Of a stretch of 64,000 nucleotides of DNA, positions 1 to 13,100 are shown piece after piece. Position 1 is the stretch's first letter. Each line of letters opens with the position of its first letter. A program made the translations under genes and the position numbers. The notes below the pieces were generated by a model. The model worked only from the letters and a program-made list of their open reading frames with translations, was not told where the DNA came from and did no database searches. The DNA comes from Schmidtea polychroa (lineage: Eukaryota): positions 241,862,001 to 241,926,000 of the forward strand of contig CM097885.1 of assembly GCA_044892525.1 (NCBI GenBank). Reading direction: 5' to 3'.

Positions 1-2459
1 CAGTGCTCTTTTTTGTTTCTCCACTCCATTGCATTCCATCTTAAAAAAAATTAAAATAATTCCATCCCAGTAGCATTCTGTCAGATATTATTTGCCTAGT
101 AAAATCAAATCAAAATAGAAATAATTTATTTGTACTGGAAGAAGCTATTTTCCTATAAAATGTATATTTGTGACATTAGTAAATTAATTAATTAATTTTC
201 AAATGAATTGTAAAACCATAAAAACAACACTAAATTGATATAAAAAATGCACTTAAAAAAGATAAAAGCAATTCGCATTATTCCTAGCTTTTATTAATCT
301 ATTATTAGCTTTATTTTGACGACCCTTGGCGTCACCCTAATAACCTTGACTGATTCAACCAAATAATGCCAAACTATTTTTTATATCGTTTGAAAAAAAT
401 ATTTAAATTTCGTTATTCTTTTTATCATTTTATTATTGTTATATTTATTCAAAATTTTTATTTAGAATTACATTTTCTTTCTTAGTTGTTTTACATTGAG
501 ACAAAACAGGGCTTTCCAACTCGAGACAAGACGTCTATGAAATATATTTCCTGTAAACATTATAGATAAAAATTATTGTCATTTACATTTATTGTTAAAT
601 TTGTGAAAATATTTCCAAAAAAAAATTCTCAGTACGCTGAAATTTGAAATTATTAAGGAAAGAATAATAATGCCTTTCGTGTCAATGTCGGCATGTTTAT
701 GTCATTCGACCATAAATTCAGTCTATTTTATTAATATTATTATTATTTATAATTATTTTGTGTTTTGGGAGAGAAAATTAAATATTTAGGAAAATCAAGC
801 GTAAACAAATTTTTCAATTTTATTTTGACTGTAAACCTAATTGTTGTGCAAAATAGTGTCTCATAGATTTCATTTCACTGTCCTAGTATTAGAAACAGTA
901 AACATAATATTTAAATAAAGTTTTAGACCTTAAGTAGGCTATACAATAAAGATAAAATTTATTTACAATTAATATGACTAATGAAATTAAATGTGTGATG
1001 TTCAATGAATTGTAAAAATGCATTAGGCCGAAACGATTATTTGTTTCGTGAATAATTTTTACAATTCGTGACGGGTAACCTACAAAAATTATTCATTCTC
1101 TAACAGACATTTTTGTCAGTTTATGTACGTCTTAATAAATGATAACCTTGTACACAATCTAAGTCATTCGACTTGGATATTAAATCTAGTCTGATAATTT
1201 TAATTTGTACTTAACTTTCCAATTTTTATGTGAAAATATTAACTAATACCTGGCCATTATTCACTTCTTACTAGCTGTCATGATAACCTTTATAAAAATG
1301 TTTATTAGCCATTGAATGTGCATGGCGATAGACAGTATAAAAGGTTTAGTTTGGTTCTTGATTTTATACTTAAGTTTGAAAATTGTTTTTAAAATTGTGA
1401 AAGTAAGTTTTATTTTTAAATATTTTAATTTGATTTTAAGATATAAATTAATAATTAAATTAAGAATTATCAAATTGAAAGAAAATATGGAAATTTTTGT
1501 ATTTCAGGTTACAAATTTCATTTGAGAATATTTGACATTTATTTTTAAACAATATTATTGGAAAAGAAATTCGAATTATATTTTAAATGACTGTTTATGA
1601 TTTTATGAAAAATATTGCATTATAATATATTTTCTTAAACTTCTTGACACTAGGAACCATATCATTCAATCAATGAACATTGCAAATATTTAATGTTGTA
1701 TGACTATGAATATTCTCCGCCATTCTATTTAAGCATCATTTGATTTGGAAGAAATAAAATGCACGAACCGAAAAAGTATTTTTCTAGCCAATTAAAAAAA
1801 GTACTTTCCATTCGCAAGATCTTGAGCTACGATAATAACTTATTGTAAACTCTTAAATAGTTATTTTGTATTTTTTTGGTAGAATTTTGACGAAAATCAA
1901 ATAAGCCTAAAGCGGATTACAAATATAAAAAATGTAGGTCACATATTCATTCGTCATTAAATTTATATTTTTAAACTTAAATTTAGAGATAAATATATTT
2001 GAATTTGATCTTTATGGAAATTTTACGCTGTGGACATCAGGGGTTTCTCATAAAATAGTTTATGTAATATTGTACATTAATAGTTATTCTACGTTAAAAG
2101 TTAAACATTCACATACTCTTCTTAAACACTTCTAAATTAAATAAATTAAAATTAACTAAATTAAAGTTTGAGTAATCATAAATTGCATTACAATATCATA
2201 TACTATTCACATGTTATATAATATCAGAAAAAAATATTAATTATTAGTTTAATATATCTCTAAAACATGGTTTAATGATTTGTAAAACGATTCTATATAA
2301 AAATTAATTAAATTTACTATTTTTTACCTTAAATTAAAAAAAGTTAATTTATAAATGAAGTTTAAATAAAAATATTGTATTAACATTAATATTATTTCAT
2401 AAGTTTTCTTTGTTTAAAATGATAAATGTCTTGGTTATCTTCAAGGTTAGCCAATCAAA

Positions 2460-3741
2460 ATGCAGAATAATTATGATATATCAAAGAGCGATGACAATAG
2501 TTTTATCATTTGTGATAGTGACGATAGCATGCCTTCAACAGAACGCGAATTAGCAGACGATGCTCAATGGAAAATTATACAGAAAAATACTTTTACAAGA
2601 TGGGTTAATGTACATCTGAAAAAAGCCAATCAATCTATTAATGATTTGCAAAATGATTTCTCAGACGGTATAAGATTGATGACTCTTATTGAAGTACTCT
2701 CGGAACACAAATTTACACACGCAAATAAACGAACAAATTTTCGAACACAAAAACTGGAAAATGTTACAATGGTTTTAAGATTTTTAGAGGAAAAAGAAGG
2801 ATTAAAACTTATCAATATAGGTGAAAATTGCATTTGAATTTTTGAAATTATAATCCAAATGTTAATGATTTTTAGATAGTTCTGATATAGTTGATTGTCG
2901 GTTGAAATTAATTTTGGGTTTGGTATGGGCCTTGATTTTACATTATTCCATTTCAATGCCAATTTGGGAAGGCGAAGACAGTAAAACGGTAATGAATTTT
3001 TTTTATTGTTTTATGATATAATTTAAATTTTCAATTAAAATATTTCAGGAAAATAAGGTATTTTATTTATTATTATGCTCAAAATTATCGATGAAACTAA
3101 AAATAACATTGTTTCTAAAAATTGCACTTATAAACAATTAATAATTTATTATTATTAATAAATTTATTTAAATTATCAGATGAGCTTATTAGAAGTAAGT
3201 TCTGTGTTATTCAAAATAGCATTGACATCTTGAAAAGAATATTTTATTTCATCAAATGTCTCTGCACGAATGCACCTTTCTCAAATTGAAGTGTCACTTT
3301 ACGCGCTATTATTTTCTGTTTTAAAATAAATATTTGAAAGTAGTATTTATTAATAGCATGAATCAAAACAAACTCCAAAACAACGAATGATGTCTTGGAT
3401 AACGGGAAGAATTCCGGAGAAACGAGTGAAAAATTTAACGACAGACTGGAATGATGGCACAGCAATTGGTGCGCTTGTAGATTCATGTGCGCCCGGCCTG
3501 TGTCCTGATTGGACAGAATGGAAACCAGTAGATGCATTAATACACACAAAAGAAGCAATGGATTCGGCCGAACAGTGGCTTAATGTGCCACAACTAATTA
3601 AACCGGAAGAAATGATAGACCCTAATGTCGACGAGAAAGCAATGATGACCTATCTTAGTCAATTTCCCAATGCTAAAGTGAATCCTGAAGCACCAATTAC
3701 TCCTAAACTTAACCCTAACAAAGTTAGAGTTTATGGTCCTG
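2460..3741 (+). CDS. FLN: Filamin actin-binding domain exons (CH1 and CH2)
   Basis: Translation [21 protein letters not shown]...[13 protein letters not shown]...[31 protein letters not shown]...[12 protein letters not shown]...[23 protein letters not shown]...[14 protein letters not shown] matches the filamin ABD. Confidence 0.97.
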
Positions 3742-4801
3742 GTATGAATTTATTTTAATAATTATATATTGTTAACATTTCATTACTCTTATAAAACTTC
3801 TTTCGATTTTCATGTCTGATTTCTTTTAAATTGTCATTGTATTTATAAAAAAATTAACTGTGAATCAATAAATATATCGATGTTTTTTTATATTTTTACT
3901 GATTCATAGTCATTTGTTTTATAAATACAATTTCATTACTCTTAAACATAAGTTATTAATGATATCGATTTTAATTAAAAATAATTAATTAATTAAATTT
4001 CCTAATTTTTTTTTCAGTAAATAAAATCATAGAAATAATAGAGAAATTAAGTAAACTAAAAATTAGTTAATTTTATTTCGTAATGATTTTATTACAAAAA
4101 ATCATAAATTATTAATAATATAAATTTTATTTAAAAATAATTAATTTAATTATTTTTAATTTTTCAATATTTTCCAGTCAATCAAATCACAAAAATTGCA
4201 GAGAAATTAAGTAAAATTAAAATTAATTAATTTTCAAGATAATTTATTTTACTTCGATTTTGATTGGATATTAAATTCTAAAAACTGATTCGTTCTGAAA
4301 ATATTTCAAAATTAAAATAGTAATTAATTTTATATATTTAAGGCGCTGATCAGTCTTTAGAAGGTTGAATTGAATTAATTTTTCAATGAAATAATCAACT
4401 ATTCACATTTAGTTTCATTAGTTGTAGTATAAAATCACTGTCAAATGTACACAAAAGATAGTTCATTGTTAATCTCGATAAATGTGCGAATATTTTAGTG
4501 TTTACTCTCTCTGTGTGTGTGTCTATTGTAAATTTGTTGCTTATTATTTTTTGATTTTAACTTTTGATTTTTGTTCTGACAAGTTGCCAATTTTAGTTTT
4601 TTTCCCCGTTTTCAGGTATCGAATCTAAAGATTTAATTGTCGGTCAAACAGCAGAATTTACAGTCGATGCTTTCAGCGCTGGACGTGGAAATTTGGACAT
4701 AAAAATCACCGACAATGCTGGAAAGTCAATTGACGTTAGTTTTTTTCATTTAGTTTGGAATTTTTTCTAAATTTCTGTCATTAAATCACTTTGAATTGAC
4801 G

Positions 4802-4887
<86 letters not shown>

Positions 4888-5626
4888 GCGTGGTATGATC
4901 GCTGAGTAGAATTGTTACTCATTCAATATGTTTATTTGCAATTGTGTATCGGCATTGAAAGATACCGATCACGGTCGTGTACATATCAACTGAATGACAA
5001 ATAAGTATGCAAAATAGTAAACATTCTCATGTTTGTATTTCTGTATGTGTCTGTATGGTTCTCAATGCAAATCGAGATTCGGTCTCTCAACAAACAATTG
5101 ATTCTGATGATAATTATTTGTGAACACTGTGCTTATCATTATTCAAAGACTTGTAACTGGTTGAAAATTACGCATTTTTCTATTAATTTATATAGATTGA
5201 CATTATTTTACTGTCATATTTTCAAATTGCAATTAAGTTAAATTTTATCTACGCGTTCAGTATACATTTTTAACCTCAGAGTTTAATGCAAATCACTGAT
5301 TGGAGATATTTTTCCTTTTTTATCATTTTTAAATGTTTGACTTTATTTTAACAATTTGAGAACATTTTTTAATGAAAATTGGATCAAAAAATTATCGATC
5401 GCATTTTTGGTGATAGATTTTAACGCCTAAATTACATAATCTAACAGTTAGATTCTAACTAAACAATAAAATGAGTATTTATTTGAGGTCTGAACATATT
5501 GATTTGGATTCTTTAATACACTCTTAGTTACTAACCTACTAAAATAAATATTAATAATTATTATTAATAATGAAATTATTTATTGCATTTTTGTGTCATT
5601 TTATTTAGCCTTAAATCACAAATATA

Positions 5627-5680
<54 letters not shown>

Positions 5681-8600
5681 AATTCTTTTCCATATATATT
5701 TTATTATCGCACAAAGAATTTTAGAAGTCAATTATTCAGTGTCCATAATCATAAAATTAAAGATTTATATAATATAACCACCCAACTTACAAAGCTTTGC
5801 ATTTTTTAGTTCTAAACGAATTTATATGAATTTATCGTTAAATGGACTTTAATAATTATATTCGATGACTAAATTTCATCTTGATATAACAAAAGTACTT
5901 AAACAGGCTAGTTTTAAAGTAAATCTACTCAATTAATTAACATTACCACTTGATAATAGGCTGCACCGAGAATTTGTAGTTATCTTTGGGAATTTTATTG
6001 ATCTTTTCTTTTACTTGAGATCATAGATGAATAAGAAAATTATAATTTTTTTTTCCGTCATTTAAATTTGGCATACTTAATTATTGATAAAAGTTTCATA
6101 ATTTATCTCACTTAAATAACCGATTTAGCTGCAAATATTTGTTGATATGAGTTTTATATATTTATTTATCTAATTGTTTCTTATCAATTCTGTCATTTAT
6201 TCAACTTTAGACTAAATTTTAACGAGATCTTCGATTAAAAAAAACATGTTTTATTCAGGTCATTATCGAAGAAATTTCCGATAAAAAGAATTGCTATAAA
6301 TGTACATATATTCCACCATGTAAAGGAACCTATACAATTACCGTGCGATATGCTGAGAAAGACATTCCACGATCTCCATTTAAAGTTACCATCGATAAAA
6401 CTTCTGGAGATCCCAGCAAAGTCAAAGTATATGGTCCAGGTATAGAACAGAATGGTGTTATTGTATCAGTATCCACCCATTTCGTAATTTCCACTGAAGG
6501 TTTGCAATTCTGTTGGCAAAATATTGAAATTATTCATAATTGTTTGATTAGATGCCGGCTGTGGAGAAATTTCATGTGTCATACTCAGCCCAAATGGGGA
6601 GAAAGATAAAATACATCCGAAAATTACTCAAGAATCTCCAACTTCATACAGAGTAGAATACACAGCTCAAGAAACCGGTATTCATTCGATTAATATTTTC
6701 CTTTCAAGTGTTCAAATCAAAAATTCACCCTTTGGAGTTATGGTTCTACCAAGTACGTTTCTTTATTGTTGTATATTATTCACTGTTCAAAATTATAATA
6801 GCTGTAGTAATTAACTTTGCTTGTACTTTATGCAGGAATTTTTTTAGGAAAAATAACAAAAAAATCATAAGATACAGAAACTCTTACTAAATATCTTNNN
6901 NNNNNNNNNNNNNNNNNNNNNNNNNNNNNNNNNNNNNNNNNNNNNNNNNNNNNNNNNNNNNNNNNNNNNNNNNNNNNNNNNNNNNNNNNNNNNNNNNNNN
7001 NNNNNNNNNNNNNNNNNNNNNNNNNNNNNNNNNNNNNNNNNNNNNNNNNNNNNNNNNNNNNNNNNNNNNNNNNNNNNNNNNNNNNNNNNNNNNNNNNNNN
7101 NNNNNNNNNNNNNNNNNNNNNNNNNNNNNNNNNNNNNNNNNNNNNNNNNNNNNNNNNNNNNNNNNNNNNNNNNNNNNNNNNNNNNNNNNNNNNNNNNNNN
7201 NNNNNNNNNNNNNNNNNNNNNNNNNNNNNNNNNNNNNNNNNNNNNNNNNNNNNNNNNNNNNNNNNNNNNNNNNNNNNNNNNNNNNNNNNNNNNNNNNNNN
7301 NNNNNNNNNNNNNNNNNNNNNNNNNNNNNNNNNNNNNNNNNNNNNNNNNNNNNNNNNNNNNNNNNNNNNNNNNNNNNNNNNNNNNNNNNNNNNNNNNNNN
7401 NNNNNNNNNNNNNNNNNNNNNNNNNNNNNNNNNNNNNNNNNNNNNNNNNNNNNNNNNNNNNNNNNNNNNNNNNNNNNNNNNNNNNNNNNNNNNNNNNNNN
7501 NNNNNNNNNNNNNNNNNNNNNNNNNNNNNNNNNNNNNNNNNNNNNNNNNNNNNNNNNNNNNNNNNNNNNNNNNNNNNNNNNNNNNNNNNNNNNNNNNNNN
7601 NNNNNNTAATTGTCAATCTGCGATGACTCAAACGTGAGTCACATTGCTAACTAAAAAATATTTTATTTGCGAAAATTCTGAAGTTATATTGAAACAATGA
7701 TAATTTAAACAGTTAAATAACTAATAAATACATTAATAATAATATTAATTATAATAATAATAATAATAACAATAATAATAATAATAATATTAATAATAAT
7801 AATAATAATATTAATAATAATAATAATGACTTCAATTTTCTAATCCAACTTCTGGGCCATACCGGATACCCCAAATTATAAGAGAGTAATAAAAATTGAT
7901 CACTAATAAAGATGTAATATTAAAAATCCAGTGAACTAGTATAGTATCATTAATTCTAAGCTTATTTCAACAGTTGCCGTTGCCTTTTATCGTAGCTCTG
8001 ACGAGCGTTGAATCAACAAACTATATAATTAAGGACATTGAAACGTATGCCGAAATGTTGTGACTCACCTCGATGGTAATTATAATCATAAAAAGTTGCG
8101 ATTTTATCTATTCATGAGCAAAATCATGTCTAAATTTTCACCTTGTCATTCACGCATTAGAATGAAATTTGAGATAGAAAATATGTTTGCATTATCAGGG
8201 AAAATTCTAAGAATTCTCTATTAAGAATTCAATATCAAGTAGAAATCTTTGTGTTTTCTAGTATTATGCATTTTTAATGCCTTTCTATTGTTTTGAGTCA
8301 TTATTTTATAATAAAGCTTGGCTATAATTAAGATTAAAGAGCAAATATAATTTATGTTAGAATTTTTATCTATTAGTATAAATAACTGCTTTCAGTGAAT
8401 AAAATTTATAAAATCTGGTGAAGAACTAATTATTACAGAATCTGTTTGCCGTCAAAACGAAAGACCTTTATAGCAGCACTAATTCCTTTTTACCAACATA
8501 AATACGTTCCTAAAACCCGTTATATTATTGATACAAGTAAAAATGGTAGTGAAAATAATTTATATAATACCTTGACCTTTTCGCGACTCCTGGTACACAT

Positions 8601-9261
8601 CCATTGGGAAAGAGTTAATATGTTTATCGCGTTTCCTTTATTCTGTATAGGAAATTATATTATTGTAAAAATTCCTTTTTATTATTATATGATTATATAA
8701 TAATAATTGTTTGATGTTACTAAAGGAAGCAATGCGAAATTAGTAACGGTTTCAGGAAGAGGTATTCAAAGCAATGGAATTAGAGTTGGTGATAAAGCTG
8801 AGTTCTATATTGACACTCAAAATGCTGGAAATGGAAACCTTAACATTAAATTATTATCACCAGGTTTGTAAATTAACGAAAATTCAAAAAAACAATTTTC
8901 TTAAATTATAATCCAGAAAAATCGGAAGAATCAGTGAAAATTGCGGAAATAAATTCCAACTATTTTGAATGCTTATATATTCCCAGCAAACCGGGAATGT
9001 ATGAATTGGAAATTAATTATGATAATATCCCAGTAACAAGATCTCCATTCAAAGTAGATCTATCATAAATATTTATTAATCAAGCAAATTGTTTCCTAGA
9101 TTAATGTTTTGCCCGCCAAAACGTCTCACATTGCAGCATTCGGGCCTGGTCTGACTACTGGTGTAGTTGGGAAGGCTGCAATATTTGTTACAGATACTAA
9201 TGGGGAATTGGGAAGTTTAGGTAATTTATTATTCGTTGTAGAGATTTGGTAATTATATCTG

Positions 9262-9332
<71 letters not shown>

Positions 9333-10100
9333 TCGATTCCGCTTAATTGGGACAGTATATTTAAGATCACAGCACATATTATGTTACACATATTCTCAAG
9401 AAAAAATATTTACAAAGAATTTGATATGATGCGTTGTCTCACAGCTGATTGGCGCGGCGTCAAGCCGCGCCAATCTTATCCAGTTACTAATACACCTGCC
9501 GCGTGACAACTGTCTCATTTGTTGCTTATTTTTCAGTCACCAATACACCTAGAATTTTCAATAATAGATAACAATTTACCACAATTTAGCAAGACGAAGA
9601 TGACGATGGTGATGATGAGTTACCTGTACCTGTGACTAACCAGGAGGCAAAAAAATATATGGCCGTGTTTCAGCGTTATTTTATGCGGGAAGGAAATGAA
9701 GGAAACCCTACATCCACACTGAATATCTGTGCTGATTTCGTACAAGTGAAATATTACATAAACAAAAGACAGGCTACACTTGACTCATTTTTGCATTGAA
9801 TTAAATTGTATGTACCTACCCATTTATTATTTTAATTAGGAAATTTTTTTTTCTTAAAAGTTTATTTGTAATTTATATGATATATATGATAATTTATATT
9901 ACCTATATGTAATTTACAGTTTCCAAGAGTTTATTAAATAAAATTATTGAAAAAAATATGCATTGTTTAATTTTATGTGTGTATTACTGCTTAATGGCCT
10001 TAGTTGCCAAAATGAAATCAATGAATTGAAAAAAATGTGAAATTCGCTTAATTGGGACAAAATGTCCAAGTCCCGATGTGTCCCAATTAAGCGGAATCGA

Positions 10101-10185
<85 letters not shown>

Positions 10186-13100
10186 TCATTAGAACTGAAA
10201 TAAATTCTTTGAATTCTCTTTATATGGTTTGCTAAAATTTTCAGGATTTTCAATCGAGGGTCCAAGTGAAGCTAAAATTGAATGTTGTGACAATCAAGAT
10301 GGCAGTGCAGCGATTTGCTATTGGCCAACAGCTCCAGGAGAGTATGCAGTGCACATTCTCTGTGACGGTGAAGATATTCCCAATTCGCCATACATGGTCA
10401 ATATCCTGCCATCGAATGAAAAGACAGATGTATCGAAAGTAGGATCACTAAAAGAAGAATAACAGTTATCCATAAGTATCATTGTGTAGATTAAAGTCTA
10501 CGGTCCCGGTGTGCAGAAAGAAGGTGTTGTATTAAATACTCCCAATGAATTTACTATCGACTGTATTGAATACAAATCCGACATTAAACCGGAAGCCAGC
10601 TGTTTTATAAAAAGTGGAAAAGAAATTCCAGTTCTAATCAGTTCAGCCGGCAACAGAAAGTACCGATGTGTTTATCAGCCATTAACCGACGGTAATCACA
10701 AGGTTTTTGTTACATGTGATAATCAATCAGTTCCAAAAAGCCCTTTTAAAGTAAGAATCAAATGATTTTAATATTTACTTTTTACCAAATTATTTCCTTT
10801 TTACATTAATTAATATTATTTCATTTCTTTAATCTCCATCTTATTACGTATAAAAACGGGGAATATAATAGTAACTTTAATTTTTTTTATTATTAATTGA
10901 TTTCTTAATAAAATGCATTAAATTCAATATTGTTGGTACACAATTTGGCCATATTGTTCAGTCCATTACATAATTCGATTTGAAATTGGAGTTCTGGTAA
11001 GTCTTATTATAGGGGTGTGGAACCTGAGGCCTTTAGGCCACATGTGGCCTTCCGGAGCTTCATGTGCGGCCTCTGAAGCATTATCGAAATGAATCTTAAT
11101 TTATATAAAAAACCTTGAATTTTGAGGATTTACAAATACAAATACTTGTAACTACTGAACTGTATATATACCGTACTATACAAGCATCCCGCCAAGTACA
11201 AAGAACGAAATATGAAAGTCAATCATTCACAACCATAAATACAAAACCTATGTAGACGAATAAATAAGATTATTGAGCGCTCATCTGTGAAATGATGACT
11301 TATTTGCATCAATTTTTCGATTCAGAAATAATAAACATTTTCCAGAATATTTCGTACAGCTGCATTTTTCAAATCTGCAGACTGATTATAAACATTCTTT
11401 TAATTACTAACTGTATATAAACAAAAGATTTAAATTGAAATTAATTAATGTTAAAATACTTTTTGACTGCGGCCCCATTTGAAGGCGACAAATTTCAATG
11501 TGGCCTATGGAGATAAAAAGGTTCCCCAACCCTGTCTTATTACATCATATGGTGTAGTTTTAAATTCATATCCATTGACCATATCACTCTTATCTGGTCG
11601 TCTATGTCGATACATTTTAGGAATTGAAAATCCTATATCGATCTGTTTAATTTATCAATGCTATATCGAAAGGTTTGCGACGATTATACAATCGCAGTCC
11701 TCTGTAATCTGCATTCATTCATTGGCGTTATATCCTTGTTGTTATTAAAGTAAAAATGGTATAATGATTCTCAAAATTTCACTGTACATGCGTAACACAA
11801 TTAACATTATTCTATATTGAACGTTGGTAATCATTTTTCTCAGTAGCTATAGTTTAAGAATTTGTATTATTATTTTATATACAAAACTTTAACTAATTTT
11901 TGATAGATATCGGCGCTAACACTATTAATAAGTTTTTATTGATTTGCCATTGGGAAAAACAGTTACAGGCAACAGAAAATGAAGTTTCAAAGATAAAGTA
12001 TCTATTTGAATAAAATGAATAAAAAAGAACGTGGATATAAAAAATTAAACAAATTTATCATTAATTTATTATTAACATTTTTATTTCTTTATTCTAACCT
12101 TTATTCTGAAAGTAATTCATCAAGACTAAATGTCGTTATGACGTGCATAGCACGTCGTTTGATCTTTTCTAAGTTAAATAAGTTAAAAATAATGTCAATT
12201 CGCTGTGAATTGCTTTGAACGGGTTCGCCACACGTAGAATAGGTTAATATATTAATGGATAAATGATTAAGCCTAAACATTTACCATCTTTCCTTTCATA
12301 GTAATTCTTAAATATAACTTAAGGCAGCGTTTCCCAGCCTGTGGGTCGCGGGATCCTTCCAGGTGGTTTGCCAAATCAGAAAATTAAAAAATAAAAAAGT
12401 TGGGAAACGCTGCCCTATGGGTGTCAAAATTGTGGTTTTGAAGTTCCCAAAAAGAACTCCTTTTACACCTAAATACTCCCAAAAGCGTTAGCGGCTGAAT
12501 CTCCGCCCAGACCCTCTAATCGTCCGTGGTTCACTTCGTCCCCCTAGGTCCAAATTTTTATTGCCAATGGGTCGCCAAAGATTTTTATTTTGGCAGGTGG
12601 GTCCCTGTTAGCCAAAGGTTGGGAAACGCTGACTTAAGGTATTTAAGTGTTGAAATAGACCCTTCTGTTGTACAAATCTATAAAGGTAGAATAACAAAGA
12701 TTGTAAGGATTTTTTTATAAAAATTGAATCATCTAGTGCCAATGCATCAATGTAGTATTTCAATTTGCCAAATTTTCGGTGTTACTCAAAGTTATATTTT
12801 CACCATCAAAATATTCCCATTATTGTATGAGATATTTTTATTGTATGAAATCATATTACTTAAATACTATGTAAAATAATTTTAAATTACAAAATAAAAT
12901 GAGTAAAATATTGACTTAAGATTTAAAAAATTAGAAAATTATTTAATAAAATCCTATGTTAGTGATTATTGCACTTTCAGTGACTTTTCATAGACTTTTC
13001 ATTAACTACAAAATAATTATAAACCGAAAACCTACTGCCATTTATGAGTAGTATATAAATGAGATCATTTTCAAAAAATTATTGATTTTTTTCAATTAGA

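Noticed and set aside
1-730. Possible minus-strand exons of an upstream gene (e.g. ~1-40, ~495-555)
   Set aside because: Short AG..GT-bounded open stretches exist, but frames are ambiguous and no protein family was recognisable.
6828-7631. ORFs spanning N gaps (also near 23.4-23.7, 31.8-32.0, 35.2-35.5 and 58.0-58.5 kb)
   Set aside because: Open only because N codons translate as X.
9126-10265. IY/YI-repeat ORFs
   Set aside because: Translations of (TA)n microsatellites.
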